From Verrucomicrobiota bacterium (GTDB lineage: Bacteria; Verrucomicrobiota; Verrucomicrobiia; Limisphaerales; J093), in NCBI GenBank assembly GCA_040766265.1, contig JAXGQW010000012.1, positions 7,901 to 71,900 on the forward strand: a stretch of 64,000 bases of DNA. Direction: 5' to 3'. The number at the start of each line of letters is the position of its first letter. Position 1 is the stretch's first letter. The translations under genes and the position numbers were made by a program. Under the pieces are notes generated by a model. That model was not told the origin of the DNA and did no database searches. It saw only the letters and a program-made list of their open reading frames with translations. Shown one piece after another: positions 29,409-39,362 of the stretch.

Positions 29409-30692
29409 TCACTCGTAGCGGAGCGACTCGATGGGGTCGAGATTGGCGGCTTTGTAAGCCGGGTAGGTGCCGAACAGGACGCCGACGACCGAACAGATTG
29501 TGAGCCCGATCACGACCCAATCCAGGGGGATCACGGGCGGGAGCTTGAGGAAGTAAGCGGCCGAATTGCCGCCGAGGATGCCCAAGAGGACTCCGATCAC
29601 TCCGCCCACCTCGCAGAGCACGATCGCTTCCATGATGAACTGGGTCATGATGTTCCGCTTCTTGGCTCCGATCGCGCGGCGAATGCCGATCTCGCGCGTG
29701 CGCTCGGTCACCGACACCAGCATGATGTTCATGATGCCGATGCCCGCCGCCACCAGGGCGATCGAACTGACCACCGCGACGCCGATCCGGACGGTCAGAG
29801 TGAAGCTCTTGAACTGCGCGATCAGGGAGTCGTTCGAGAACACTTCGAAGTCATCCTCCACCCCCGGCTTCACCTTGCGCACCGTGCGCAGGATGCCGCG
29901 CACCTGCTCGACGGTGTCCTCGTACATCGCCTGATTCTGGGCTTGCACGAGAATGGACAGGCTCCGCCACATCCGCCCGTAGCGGTTGAGACCCGTTGTG
30001 AGCGGAATGATGGCGAAGTTGTCCTGGTCGCCCCCGAGCGAGGACCCTTTGGATTCGAGCACGCCGACCACTGTGTAGCCGATGCCGTCGAATTTGGCCT
30101 TCTCGCCCAAAGCCGACCCGTAGGGGAAGAGGATCTTGGCCAGACTCCCTCCCAGCACGCACACATCCTTCGCACTGTCGATATCCGATTCAATCAGCCC
30201 GCGGCCTTCGCCGACGATCCAGTTGCGCGCGGGGAATCCGCCCACGGTGGCGCCGATCAGGCTGACATTGGGCGGCGTCTTGTCGTAGCGCGAGATCGCC
30301 TCGCCGGACCAGAACCCGCTCTGGATGCCGACGGACTGGGCCAGGCTGGCCTTGTCCATCACCGCCTTGCCGTGGGCGAAGGTGATGTCCTTGCGGCGCA
30401 GATACTTTTCGAACCCCTCCGGCCCGCCGAAGTGCACAGCCGGCCATTTGCGGATCTGGAAGGTGTGGCTGCCCAACTGGCTGAGGTCCTTCTCGATTGT
30501 GCTCTGCAACACCCGCATGGATGTCATCACCACGATGATCGAGAACACGCCCACCAGCACCCCCAAAACGGTCAGGCTCGAACGCAGCTTGTGCGTCGTC
30601 AGCGCCCCGATCCCCATGAGGAAACTCTCCTTGACCTCAGCCCAGATCAGGTTGCGGCCGGCGTGCCGAGGGCGTGTCGGGAGAACGGTCAT
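29409..30692 (-). CDS. ABC transporter permease (MacB/FtsX family)
   Basis: N-terminal TM helix, a large periplasmic domain and a C-terminal FtsX 3-TM bundle ('TERTREIGIRRAIGAKKRNI'). Confidence 0.88.
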   Translation of the reverse strand: MTVLPTRPRHAGRNLIWAEVKESFLMGIGALTTHKLRSSLTVLGVLVGVFSIIVVMTSMRVLQSTIEKDLSQLGSHTFQIRKWPAVHFGGPEGFEKYLRRKDITFAHGKAVMDKASLAQSVGIQSGFWSGEAISRYDKTPPNVSLIGATVGGFPARNWIVGEGRGLIESDIDSAKDVCVLGGSLAKILFPYGSALGEKAKFDGIGYTVVGVLESKGSSLGGDQDNFAIIPLTTGLNRYGRMWRSLSILVQAQNQAMYEDTVEQVRGILRTVRKVKPGVEDDFEVFSNDSLIAQFKSFTLTVRIGVAVVSSIALVAAGIGIMNIMLVSVTERTREIGIRRAIGAKKRNIMTQFIMEAIVLCEVGGVIGVLLGILGGNSAAYFLKLPPVIPLDWVVIGLTICSVVGVLFGTYPAYKAANLDPIESLRYE

Positions 30693-30693
30693 G

Positions 30694-31923
30694 TCACTCG
30701 TTGCGCAGCGCGTCCACCGGGTTCATCCGTGCCGCGCGCCATGCGGGCAGGAAACCGGCCAGCACGCCGGTGAACAGTGAGACCAGGAGCGCGAGGCCGA
30801 CGATGGACAAGGAAATGGTCGCGGGCATTACTTTGCGCAGAAGCAGCGTGCCGGGCGCGGCGATGGCCAGGCCCAGGAGCCCTCCCAGGAGACAGATCAT
30901 CGCCGCTTCGAGGAGGAACTGCACCAGGATCGCCCGGCGCTTGGCCCCGATCGCCTTGCGCACGCCGATCTCCTTGGTCCGCTCGGCGACGGACACGAAC
31001 ATGATGTTCATGATGCCGATGCCTCCGACGAAGAGCGATAGTCCGGTGATGAACATGCCCACCGTGGCAATCGTGCCCGTGATCTTGTCGAACGTCTTGA
31101 TGAACTGGTCCTGCTGGTTGATCGCGAAATCGTCGTCCTGGCCCGGCGCCAGGCGCCGCAGCTTGCGCATGATCCCGCGGGCTTCCTCGCGCGTGTCTTC
31201 GAGACTGTCCATGTCGCGGGCCTTGATCTGGATCGAGTAGTCGGGCCGCTGGGTGAAGAGCGATGTGAATTGCCCGATAGGGACGATCACCTGGTTGTCC
31301 AGACTGAACGCGCCCAGGAATTCCCCCTGCGGTTCGAGCACTCCGACCACTTCGAAGGGGTAGCCCCCCACATGGACCCGCACCCCGACAGGCGATTCGC
31401 CCCGAAACAGGTTCGTGGCGGTCTGCGCCCCGAGCACGCACACCGGACGCCCCCCCTCCGCCTCGCCCGCCGTCAGAAACCGTCCGCGGGCAACGCTCGA
31501 TCCGCCGGTGTAGAGGGCTTGATCCGTCGTTCCGATGACCATGACCGACGATGAGCTGCGGTTCTTGTATTTCACCGGGCGCGCGGTGTTGACGGTGGGA
31601 GCGATCGCGCGCGCCGATGTGATCTGCCGCTGGAGTCCGCGGACCTGGTCCCAGGTAATTTCGCGTCGGCGATTCTGGCGGATCCACTCCTCGTGGGAAT
31701 TGATGAACCAGTCGCGGCGTTCGAGATAGAGCACGTCGCTGCCGAGAGCCGAGATGCTCTGGTTGAATCCCCGCTTGAGCCCCTGGATCGCCGTCCCCAT
31801 CAGCGTGACGGTCACAATGCCAATTACGATGCCCAGCGTGGTCAGGCCGGCCCGCATCTTGTTGGCCCGCGTGGCGTCCCAGGCGATCCGCAGCCCCTCG
31901 CGCAGTTCAATCCACCAGTGCAT
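30694..31923 (-). CDS. ABC transporter permease (MacB/FtsX family)
   Basis: Same architecture as the neighbouring permease ('[20 protein letters not shown]'). Confidence 0.88.
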   Translation of the reverse strand: MHWWIELREGLRIAWDATRANKMRAGLTTLGIVIGIVTVTLMGTAIQGLKRGFNQSISALGSDVLYLERRDWFINSHEEWIRQNRRREITWDQVRGLQRQITSARAIAPTVNTARPVKYKNRSSSSVMVIGTTDQALYTGGSSVARGRFLTAGEAEGGRPVCVLGAQTATNLFRGESPVGVRVHVGGYPFEVVGVLEPQGEFLGAFSLDNQVIVPIGQFTSLFTQRPDYSIQIKARDMDSLEDTREEARGIMRKLRRLAPGQDDDFAINQQDQFIKTFDKITGTIATVGMFITGLSLFVGGIGIMNIMFVSVAERTKEIGVRKAIGAKRRAILVQFLLEAAMICLLGGLLGLAIAAPGTLLLRKVMPATISLSIVGLALLVSLFTGVLAGFLPAWRAARMNPVDALRNE

Positions 31924-32608
31924 GCGGATCCACCCTTTCGTCGCTGGCGATGAGACCGTCGCGAATCCGCAGGATGCGGCGGGAGTGCCGCGCGATCTCC
32001 TCCTCGTGGGTGACCACGATGATGGTGTGGCCCTGATCGGCGAGGGCCTCGAACAGGCTCATGATCTCGGCGCCCGTCTTCGAGTCGAGGTTGCCCGTCG
32101 GCTCATCCGCCAGCAGGATGGACGGGCGATTGACCAGGGCGCGGGCCACGGCCACGCGCTGCCGCTGGCCTCCCGACATCTCCGTGGGCTTGTGATTGAC
32201 CCTGTCAGCCAGGCCGACGTTCGTCAGGGCTTCGAGCGCCAGTTGCCGGCGCTCTTCGGAGGGAATGCCCGCGTACACCAGCGGCAGCTCGACGTTGTGC
32301 AGCGCGGTGGCGCGCGGCAACAGGTTGAACGTCTGGAACACAAACCCGATTTCCTTGTTCCGGACCTCCGCCAACTCGTTGTCGTCCATGTCGCTGACGT
32401 TCGTTCCGTTGAGCTCGTATGTGCCCGAACTCGGCGTGTCGAGACACCCGATCAGGTTCATCAGGGTGGATTTTCCCGAGCCCGACGGTCCCATGATCGC
32501 CACATACTCGGCCCGGCCCACCTCGATGGAGACCTCGCGGAGCGCGTGAATCGTCTCCGTCCCCATCTGATAACGCCGTGAAACCCGGCTGAGACGAATC
32601 AAGCTCAT
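31907..32608 (-). CDS. ABC transporter ATP-binding protein (MacB/LolD-type)
   Basis: Walker A 'GPSGSGKST', signature '[15 protein letters not shown]' and Walker B '[12 protein letters not shown]'. Confidence 0.93.
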   Translation of the reverse strand: MSLIRLSRVSRRYQMGTETIHALREVSIEVGRAEYVAIMGPSGSGKSTLMNLIGCLDTPSSGTYELNGTNVSDMDDNELAEVRNKEIGFVFQTFNLLPRATALHNVELPLVYAGIPSEERRQLALEALTNVGLADRVNHKPTEMSGGQRQRVAVARALVNRPSILLADEPTGNLDSKTGAEIMSLFEALADQGHTIIVVTHEEEIARHSRRILRIRDGLIASDERVDPHALVD

Positions 32609-34038
32609 CTCGTCTCCGTCGCCTTGTCCTTATCCTTGTCCGGCGTGAGAGCGCCGATGCGGACCTTCTTGCCGTCATCGAGTTCCGAGCGGAGGGCCTT
32701 GTAGCTGCCGGAGATGACCTCCTGGCCTTCCGCAACGCCCTCGAGGATCTCGGTATAGGCATCGTCGCTGATCCCAATCTTGACCGGAACCATGCGCGCC
32801 CGGTCGTTCTCCTTCAGAAAGACGACCTCGACATGCTTGGGCGTGTCCCCGGGCTTCTTCGACGCGGTCGCGGCGGTGTCGTTTGTTGCAGAGGGGGCAT
32901 TTGTCGCCTGGGCGGTGTCCGGGGCGGGTGTGTTGGTTCCGGTCTGCGCGGTGCTGTCGGTGGGCGCTCCGGCGTCCTTGGCGGCGGTTGCCGCTTGCGC
33001 GCCCTTGGCGGACGTCTTGCCCTGGACTGGAGGTTTCGGGATGCGTGTCGTCACGCTGGCGATCGGGACGCTCAGCACATTGGTGCGCGAGCGTGTCTCG
33101 ACCTCCGCCGTCACCGTCATCCCGGGCCGGAACGGCTCCTTCTCCCTGATGCGGATCTTGACCTCGAACTTGGTGGCGTCGGTCGATTGGCTGCCGCCGC
33201 CGCTTCCGAACACCAGCCCCTTCGACGAGTTGGCGATCTCGGTGACTGTCCCGTTGAACTTGCGGTCCTTGTAGGCGTCCACCTCGAGCCGCGCGTTTTG
33301 GCCCAACTGAATCAGGACCACATCGATCTCGCCGATGTCGACGCGCGCCTCCATCTCGTTGAGGTCGGCGATCACCATGACCTCGGTCCCGGCCATCATC
33401 GCGGTGCCGACCACCCGTTCGCCCAGTTGCGAGTTGAGCCGGCTCACGGTGCCATCCAGCGGCGACGCGATCGTTGTCTTGGACAGGTCTTCCTCCGCCT
33501 TCTCGAGCGCGGCCTTGGCCATCTCGACCTGATGGATCGCATGCTGGAGTTGGGCCTTGTTGATCTCGCACGTGGTCTGAACGGCGAGGAATTCGGCATC
33601 CGGCAGCAGTTTGCTCTCATGCAGCGCCTCGGCCCGTTGCAGATCGATCTCCGCCTTCTTCACGTTCGCCTCGGCCGTCACCCTGCCCGCCAATGCGCCC
33701 TTGTAGTTTGCCTCGGACGAATCGCGCTGCGCGATGTAGAGGTCCGGCTTGATCTTGAGCAGCAGATCGCCCTTCTTGACCTGGTCCCCCTCTTTCACCG
33801 GCAGTTCGATGATCTCACCGCTCACTTCCGGGCTGATCTTGACCTGGAACACCGGTTGAATCCGCCCGTTCGCCACCACCAACTCCGTGAGAGTCCGCCT
33901 CTCGACCTTCTCGGTCTGCACGGTGATCGCGGCCTCGCGTTTCTTGAAGATCGCGAGGGCGCCCAAGCCGCCCAGAGCCACGACAATCAGGAGCAGGACA
34001 ACCAGCTTCCGCCTCTTCTTCGCCTTAATGTTCGCCAT
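32605..34038 (-). CDS. efflux transporter periplasmic adaptor subunit (HlyD/MacA family)
   Basis: Signal anchor, '[25 protein letters not shown]', a coiled-coil hairpin and a beta-barrel. The C-terminal third has a low-complexity insertion. Confidence 0.88.
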   Translation of the reverse strand: MANIKAKKRRKLVVLLLIVVALGGLGALAIFKKREAAITVQTEKVERRTLTELVVANGRIQPVFQVKISPEVSGEIIELPVKEGDQVKKGDLLLKIKPDLYIAQRDSSEANYKGALAGRVTAEANVKKAEIDLQRAEALHESKLLPDAEFLAVQTTCEINKAQLQHAIHQVEMAKAALEKAEEDLSKTTIASPLDGTVSRLNSQLGERVVGTAMMAGTEVMVIADLNEMEARVDIGEIDVVLIQLGQNARLEVDAYKDRKFNGTVTEIANSSKGLVFGSGGGSQSTDATKFEVKIRIREKEPFRPGMTVTAEVETRSRTNVLSVPIASVTTRIPKPPVQGKTSAKGAQAATAAKDAGAPTDSTAQTGTNTPAPDTAQATNAPSATNDTAATASKKPGDTPKHVEVVFLKENDRARMVPVKIGISDDAYTEILEGVAEGQEVISGSYKALRSELDDGKKVRIGALTPDKDKDKATETR

Positions 34039-34119
34039 CTCGGTATATCGTTAAGACACAACACCCGTCAGTTTGTTTCGGTCCGTCCAGCCCGGACATT
34101 GCCTAAGAAACATGCTTTC

Positions 34120-34192
34120 CTAGCCTGCATGCTGACTTCTCTTGAGAACTCCGGCTTCGCGGTGGCAGAAAGTCGTGATAAATGCAGGCTAG
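34120..34192. repeat. 73-nt CTAG-element H1 (CTAGCCTGCAT...ATGCAGGCTAG)
   Basis: Arms carry a compensatory C>T/G>A change. The interior is related to that of 39126-39199. The right arm contains the TAG stop of the Yip1 gene. Confidence 0.85.
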
Positions 34193-34983
34193 CCGCCGAA
34201 CAGCCGCTGCAGAAAGTGCCCGGCGACGATCCAAAGGCCGGTCCAGAGCAGCCACAGCCCGAACACCCAGGCGGCGCTCTTGGCGAACGTGGCGCCGCTC
34301 AATCGCGACAGGCCGATCGCACGCACGGCGAGCACCCAGAACGCCACGACATCCACGGCGGACATCAAACCGTGCGAGAGGTTGGCCGGATCGAAATCCT
34401 TGACCAACAGCATCGCCAAGTTGGCCCCGGCGTACAAGCTCCCAAAAGCCACCATCATGAGCGTCTTGATCACCGATTCGAGTATCGCCAACATGCCGAT
34501 CAGCCCGGACACCTCGACGGCCTTCATGTACGTGAACTCTCCGCCCAGCGCGTACCTGCCCACCAGAAACGTGATGAGCGCCCACCAGAAGACGAGTCCG
34601 ACGGCCATCAGGGGCGGCGCGGCGAACATCGCCGCCTGCCGCATGATCTTCCCGAACTTCTCGATCGTCGGTCTCTGGGCTTCGAGTTGCTCACGGGTCA
34701 TCCGGCCTTGTTCGATCATCTTCTGGTATTGCGCCTCCTGCAGGTCGCTGATCTGCTGCGTGATCGCCTCCTGGTGAAGCACCAGCCACGCCCCAATCCA
34801 GCCGACCAGCGTCGCCAGCAGCGTCGGCACCAGCCAGTTGGCCGTTCGCGTCGGACTGGCCTTCACCTCGTCGAACACGTCGGCGGGCGTGGCAAAGACA
34901 TTGAGCATCCGCGCCCCCAGCGAGGTCGAGGCGGGGATCGGGGGTGCGTCGTCCGGCGAATCGAGGGGAGCACTGTCGTTCAT
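34189..34983 (-). CDS. Yip1-family membrane protein
   Basis: N-terminal soluble segment 'FATPADVFDEVK' followed by five TM helices. Start at ATG 34983 (MNDSAPLD). Confidence 0.7.
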   Translation of the reverse strand: MNDSAPLDSPDDAPPIPASTSLGARMLNVFATPADVFDEVKASPTRTANWLVPTLLATLVGWIGAWLVLHQEAITQQISDLQEAQYQKMIEQGRMTREQLEAQRPTIEKFGKIMRQAAMFAAPPLMAVGLVFWWALITFLVGRYALGGEFTYMKAVEVSGLIGMLAILESVIKTLMMVAFGSLYAGANLAMLLVKDFDPANLSHGLMSAVDVVAFWVLAVRAIGLSRLSGATFAKSAAWVFGLWLLWTGLWIVAGHFLQRLFGG

Positions 34984-35125
34984 AACGGCAAAGATCCAGA
35001 AATATACTGCGTTTGGCGTCGGCGACAATCTCCGAATGCGCCCGGTTCGTCAGCTACAACCCGACGCCGGGTTTGTACTTCACACCCGGAGTTCGCACCG
35101 GCCTCTTCCAACGCGGTCACACTCA

Positions 35126-35258
35126 GTGCATCTGTCAGTTGTCGGTGGGAATGGAGTATGCGCCGCGTGGGGGCACGCGGCCTACAGCGGGAGTCTCCAT
35201 CCGTTGGAGGCCCGGTGCCCTCACCGGGCGACAGAATGTCGACGACTCACAGATGCAC
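35126..35258. repeat. 133-nt element E1 with 19-bp terminal inverted repeat GTGCATCTGTCAGTTGTCG
   Basis: 17/19 arm match (35126-35144 vs 35240-35258). Internal hairpins GCCGCGTG-GGGG-CACGCGGC and CCCGGTG-CCCT-CACCGGG. Confidence 0.9.
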
Positions 35259-35479
35259 CGGGTCACAGTGAGGGGTGCGCAATGGGGATGACAGGACACG
35301 AGAGACACGGTACAAAACAGTCCAAGAAACGAGCCTGCAAATGACCCCGAATGAAACACGGATGAGGCACCGACCGGTTCGCAGTGCGAGCCTTGCCGCG
35401 AAAGTGCAGAACGGGCGCGGCGCTCGCGCCTCTTCCGCAGTCGCATTTTCCCTGTGCGATCTGCGAAGGCTCTGTCTAA

Positions 35480-35560
35480 CGAGGCGCGCCTCAGACCAAA
35501 TCCAATCCTCTTTTCCACGAGGAGTCCCTGTGTTTCCTCGCCCCTCGCTCCCGCGCCTCG
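35480..35560. repeat. 81-nt element I2
   Basis: Aligns with the reverse complement of 15319-15400. Arms are CGAGGCGCG/CGCGCCTCG. Confidence 0.8.
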
Positions 35561-35561
35561 G

Positions 35562-35644
35562 TAGAATCCTTGCGAAACAGAAGAGATAGGGGTGAGGGCC
35601 AAACTTGACCTGATCACAACATGTTTGGGGTTTCAAGGATTCTA
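35562..35644. repeat. 83-nt C-type element C3 (TAGAATCCTTG...TTTCAAGGATTCTA)
   Basis: C-family arms with a divergent interior. It contains the ATG of the next gene. Confidence 0.7.
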
Positions 35645-36766
35645 GCGGCGCTGTGTGCGCTTGTAGCGCTGTTGTTTTTCAGTCGAGCGAGTTTCGGAGG
35701 AGAAGGCCAACCCGGATTCATCGCCGAGGCCTCTCGGGGTGAAGGCATCGCGCCTTCGAAGGATCCACCATTCTACTCGGACAAGCTGAATCTGTTGTGC
35801 TTTCGGGATGAGGCGGGCCTCGAGCGCCCTGTGCTTGGGACGGCGGATTGGATGAAGCGGCGGGGCCATATTCTTGCCGCGATGGAGCAGGTGATGGGGG
35901 CTCGACCGCCGCTCGAATTCGAAGGTCCGCCCCAGGTCGAGGTGCTCGAGGAGACCCCGACCGCCAACGGCGTGCGCCGGAAGATCCTCTACACCGCGGA
36001 ATCGCCCACGAACCGGGTGCCGGCTTATCTGTTCATCCCGCGGAGCGGCGGCGCCAAGCGTCCCGCGATGCTGTGTCTGCACCAGACAACGCCGGAAGGC
36101 AAAGCCGAGATGGCCGGATTGCGCGGCAGGACGAATCGGCAGTTTGGTCTCGAAGTGGCGCAACGAGGCTACGTCACGCTGGTGCCGGACTACCCGAACT
36201 TCGGCGATTACCGGCGCGACGCCTATGCGGCCGGTTACGCCAGCGCCACCATGCAGGGCATCGTCAACCACCGTCGCGCTCTCGACCTGCTGGCGTCGAT
36301 GCCTGAAGTGGACGCCCGCCGCATCGGCGTGCTCGGTCATTCGTTGGGGGGGCATAACGCGCTGTTTCTGGCCGTGTTCGACGAGCGCGTGCGGGTGGTG
36401 GTGACCAGTTGCGGCTTCAACGCGTTCTCGAAGTATTATGGCGGCAATCTGGCCGGCTGGAGCCATGCCGGGTACATGCCGCGGATTCGTTCGGTGTACG
36501 GCTGCGATCCACGGCGGATGCCCTTTGATTTCACCGAGGTGCTCGCCGCCATCGCCCCGCGGCCCGTCTTCATCAACGCGCCGCTGCATGATGACAATTT
36601 CGAAGTGTCGGGGGTCAAGGACTGTGTCCAGGCCGCCGCCCCGGTCTACCGGCTCCTCGGCGCGGTCGAGGCGCTGGTGGCCGTCTACCCCGATGCGGAG
36701 CACGACTTTCCGCCCGAGGTGCGCCGGCAGGCTTACGCCTGGCTCGACCGGCAACTGGGGCTTTGA
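35621..36766 (+). CDS. secreted alpha/beta hydrolase (dienelactone hydrolase / esterase-like)
   Basis: Signal peptide, nucleophile elbow 'GHSLGG' and C-terminal 'AEHDFP'. Confidence 0.8.
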   Translation: MFGVSRILAALCALVALLFFSRASFGGEGQPGFIAEASRGEGIAPSKDPPFYSDKLNLLCFRDEAGLERPVLGTADWMKRRGHILAAMEQVMGARPPLEFEGPPQVEVLEETPTANGVRRKILYTAESPTNRVPAYLFIPRSGGAKRPAMLCLHQTTPEGKAEMAGLRGRTNRQFGLEVAQRGYVTLVPDYPNFGDYRRDAYAAGYASATMQGIVNHRRALDLLASMPEVDARRIGVLGHSLGGHNALFLAVFDERVRVVVTSCGFNAFSKYYGGNLAGWSHAGYMPRIRSVYGCDPRRMPFDFTEVLAAIAPRPVFINAPLHDDNFEVSGVKDCVQAAAPVYRLLGAVEALVAVYPDAEHDFPPEVRRQAYAWLDRQLGL

Positions 36767-36850
36767 CGTTGCACCTGGATGCGCGGCCCGTCCGGTCGCG
36801 TGCAAAGTCGCGGTCACCGTTGACATGGGAGGGTGACGTGTGGGCGGAGA

Positions 36851-36957
36851 CCATGAACCGGAAACGTTCAACGCTCAACGTTCAACGCTCAACGCTCAAC
36901 GCTCAACGCCCAACGTTCAACGCTCAACGTTCAACCCATCAACCATCAGCCATCAGA
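36851..36957. repeat. G-type element: CCATGAACCG head plus 13 tandem heptamers
   Basis: 36867-36957 is 13 x 7 nt: ten (C/T)(C/T)CAACG-type units then three CATCA(A/G)(C/A) units. The same head occurs at 46578 and 60142. Confidence 0.85.
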
Positions 36958-37950
36958 TCACGCCCGGGGGTGGGCCTGGTCGTACACCCGCTTCAGGCGC
37001 TCCGTCGTGAGGTGGGTGTAAATCTGGGTGGTGGCAAGATGGGCGTGACCGAGCAGTTCCTGAACGCTGCGCAGATCCGCCCCGGCATCGAGCAGATGGG
37101 TGGCGAAACTGTGACGCAGCTTGTGCGGCGTGAGGTGCGGGTCCAGCCCGGCACGCGCAAGATAGCGCTTGAGGCGCATCTGAACCACCCGCGCCGAGAC
37201 CGGACGCGTGCTGTTGGCTTGAGCGAGAAAGACAGGCAGGGATCCGGCGGGCGGCGCCGGGAGCAGGCGCCAATACGCGCGGATCGCTTCGAGCGCCGGA
37301 GCGCCGATGGGAATCTGCCGCTCCTTGCGCCCTTTGCCGCGGACGCGGATGAGTTGATCGTCCCAGGCGACGTCCTCAGCCCGCAAGCCGCACGCCTCGC
37401 TGATGCGCAGCCCGCACGAGTAGATTGTCTCGAGGAGAGCGGCGTCGCGATGGAACTCGTCCGGTCCCGCCGGCGGATCGTCTGCCTGTTCGAGTTGGGC
37501 CAACTCGTCGAGGGGCGCTCGGAGCAGAGCCGCCGCCTGTTCGGCAGTCAGGAAGCGCGGCAGACGGCGCGGCAATCTCGGCAGAGAGAGACTGCGAATG
37601 GGCGTGGTGATGACCACGCCGCGCCGGACGAGGAACCGATAGAAGGAGCGCAGGGCGCTGAAGCGCAGCGCAACGGCTGCCCGGCTCAGTTGGCCGCGTC
37701 CGAGAAAGCGCAGGTAGGCGCGAAAGTCATCCCGTTCGAGGCTGGGCCATGCCGGCGGGGCGCCGCGTTCCTGGCGATGCCAGTGGCTGAACTCGCGCAG
37801 CGCGTGCTGGTAGTTTCGGCGCGTGTACGGCGAGGCCGCCCGATCCACCGCCAGATGCTCGAGGAACTGGGCCACATGCGGGTCGGGCGATTCGTCCGGT
37901 TCCTGCGGGGGGGCGGGGGCGGGGGGAGTGATGGCGGTCTGTGCGCTCAC
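36958..37950 (-). CDS. xerC: site-specific tyrosine recombinase XerC/XerD
   Basis: 'LLETIYSCGLRISEACGL', 'GKGRKERQIP', 'TPHKLRHSFATHLL' and 'LGHAHLATTQIYTH'. GTG start at 37950 overlaps the holA stop (GTGA). Confidence 0.85.
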   Translation of the reverse strand: MSAQTAITPPAPAPPQEPDESPDPHVAQFLEHLAVDRAASPYTRRNYQHALREFSHWHRQERGAPPAWPSLERDDFRAYLRFLGRGQLSRAAVALRFSALRSFYRFLVRRGVVITTPIRSLSLPRLPRRLPRFLTAEQAAALLRAPLDELAQLEQADDPPAGPDEFHRDAALLETIYSCGLRISEACGLRAEDVAWDDQLIRVRGKGRKERQIPIGAPALEAIRAYWRLLPAPPAGSLPVFLAQANSTRPVSARVVQMRLKRYLARAGLDPHLTPHKLRHSFATHLLDAGADLRSVQELLGHAHLATTQIYTHLTTERLKRVYDQAHPRA

Positions 37951-39113
37951 GAGGCGCGGGCGGCCAGGCGACCGGGGCGCCGGCCGGGGGGGCGTCCGAC
38001 GATCTGGACCAGGGCCTGTTGGAGGACGAGAGCTTCCTCGAGTTGACTCGACACGAGGCGGCGGTTGGAGACGAGCAGAACGTCCATCGCCCGCACCAAC
38101 TCCTCGGCCGTGTACTGTCCGGCCTGGGGCAGCGCCTTGAAGAGGACATACGGATGCATGGCAGCCGGGTTGTAGCGCTTGTCGTCGGGCATGGCTTCGG
38201 ACGGCAGCCGTCCCAACTGAGACTTGAAGCGGCTGTAGTCGACGTCCGGCGCGAGCAGGCCGAGTCGGAACATCTCCTTGAGGAGGAGCAGCGTGCGCAC
38301 CTTCGAGATGAGCCCATACAAAAGCCCGATCGCGGTCTTCTGGCGATCGAACTGCATCTCCCACAATTCCTCGTCGAGGCAACGGAGCGCGCGGGGCAGA
38401 TCGCGGTCCCCGAGGGCTTCGCCCAGGGCGAAGGCGCGCGCCTGTTTGTTGCGGCTCACGACCGCATGCACGTCGGCCACGGTGATTTCGGGGCGTCCGG
38501 CGGCGTAGAGCGAGAGCTTCTCGATTTCCTGCGACAACTGGCGCAGGTTGGGGCCCACCGCCGACACCAGTTCGCCGAGCGCTTCATCCGACATCTCCTG
38601 CCGGCGCGTCCGCAATTCGCCTCGGACGAATCGCTCCGCCTGGTCGGCCCAATCCTTGTCGTCGGCCGACAGTCCGGCGAGGGACTCGACGGCCCCCAGT
38701 TTCTCGATGGTTTTCGAGAAGGTTTTCCGGCGGTCGACCTTTCCGGCGGTGATGAGCAGGCGCACGTTGTCCCACGGGAAGCGCTTGAGTTCCTGGGCCA
38801 GGTCGTTCAGGGACGCGGTGACGGCCTGGGCGCCGGCAACACGTTCGTCTCCCAGGAAATTGCAGTGGCGCAACCAGATGACTTTGCCGCTGCCGAAGAA
38901 GGGCAGGGTCTGGAGCGCCTCGCGGAGTTTGGCCAGGGACCGGAGCGCCTCGTGACTGTTCGAGACGGTGGCGTCGATGGTCTCATGGTCCATCCCGCCA
39001 ATCTCCTTGCACCAGTCCGCATACAATTGCCGACCCCGCTGCAGCACGGCGAAATCGTCCTCGCCGCACACGAGCACCAGGGGTGCGGCGGGCTTGGGCT
39101 GGGCTGCCTTCAC
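37947..39113 (-). CDS. holA: DNA polymerase III subunit delta
   Basis: 388 aa. 'LVLVCGEDDFAV', length and helical C-terminus are typical of HolA. GTG start. Confidence 0.75.
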   Translation of the reverse strand: MKAAQPKPAAPLVLVCGEDDFAVLQRGRQLYADWCKEIGGMDHETIDATVSNSHEALRSLAKLREALQTLPFFGSGKVIWLRHCNFLGDERVAGAQAVTASLNDLAQELKRFPWDNVRLLITAGKVDRRKTFSKTIEKLGAVESLAGLSADDKDWADQAERFVRGELRTRRQEMSDEALGELVSAVGPNLRQLSQEIEKLSLYAAGRPEITVADVHAVVSRNKQARAFALGEALGDRDLPRALRCLDEELWEMQFDRQKTAIGLLYGLISKVRTLLLLKEMFRLGLLAPDVDYSRFKSQLGRLPSEAMPDDKRYNPAAMHPYVLFKALPQAGQYTAEELVRAMDVLLVSNRRLVSSQLEEALVLQQALVQIVGRPPGRRPGRLAARAS

Positions 39114-39125
39114 GGGGTGCCCACG

Positions 39126-39199
39126 CTAACCCGCGTGGGTCCGCGTCTTGGAGTCTCCGGCGTCGCGGTGGTCACAACTCGGTGAAACATGCGGGTTAG
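39126..39199. repeat. 74-nt CTAG-element A7 (divergent interior)
   Basis: CTAACCCGCGT...ATGCGGGTTAG, 13 nt upstream of the holA start. Confidence 0.85.
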
Positions 39200-39242
39200 C
39201 CCGGATTTCTCACCACTGCGAAGATGACAAAGAAATCCGGGC
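39199..39242. repeat. 44-nt hairpin module F3
   Basis: CCCGGATTTCT...AGAAATCCGGG forms an 11-bp stem. Confidence 0.8.
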
Positions 39243-39246
39243 TGTG

Positions 39247-39358
39247 GCAAAACCGCGCCGGGAGAGGTGAAAGCCTGGGTCTGGTCGAGCGGGAAGACGC
39301 AGTCGCAAACCGACGCCCCGTTGCCTTCGTCCCTCCCTCCAACCCGGCGCGGTTTTGC
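39247..39358. repeat. 112-nt module B3 (same arms and length as B1/B2, unrelated 86-nt interior)
   Basis: GCAAAACCGCGCC at 39247-39259 and GGCGCGGTTTTGC at 39346-39358. Confidence 0.85.
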
Positions 39359-39362
39359 TTGG

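Noticed and set aside
32833-35271. 812-aa plus-strand ORF
   Set aside because: It runs antisense across the adaptor-subunit and Yip1 genes and the spacer between them. Its composition is low-complexity Arg/Gly/Leu, and I recognise no motif.
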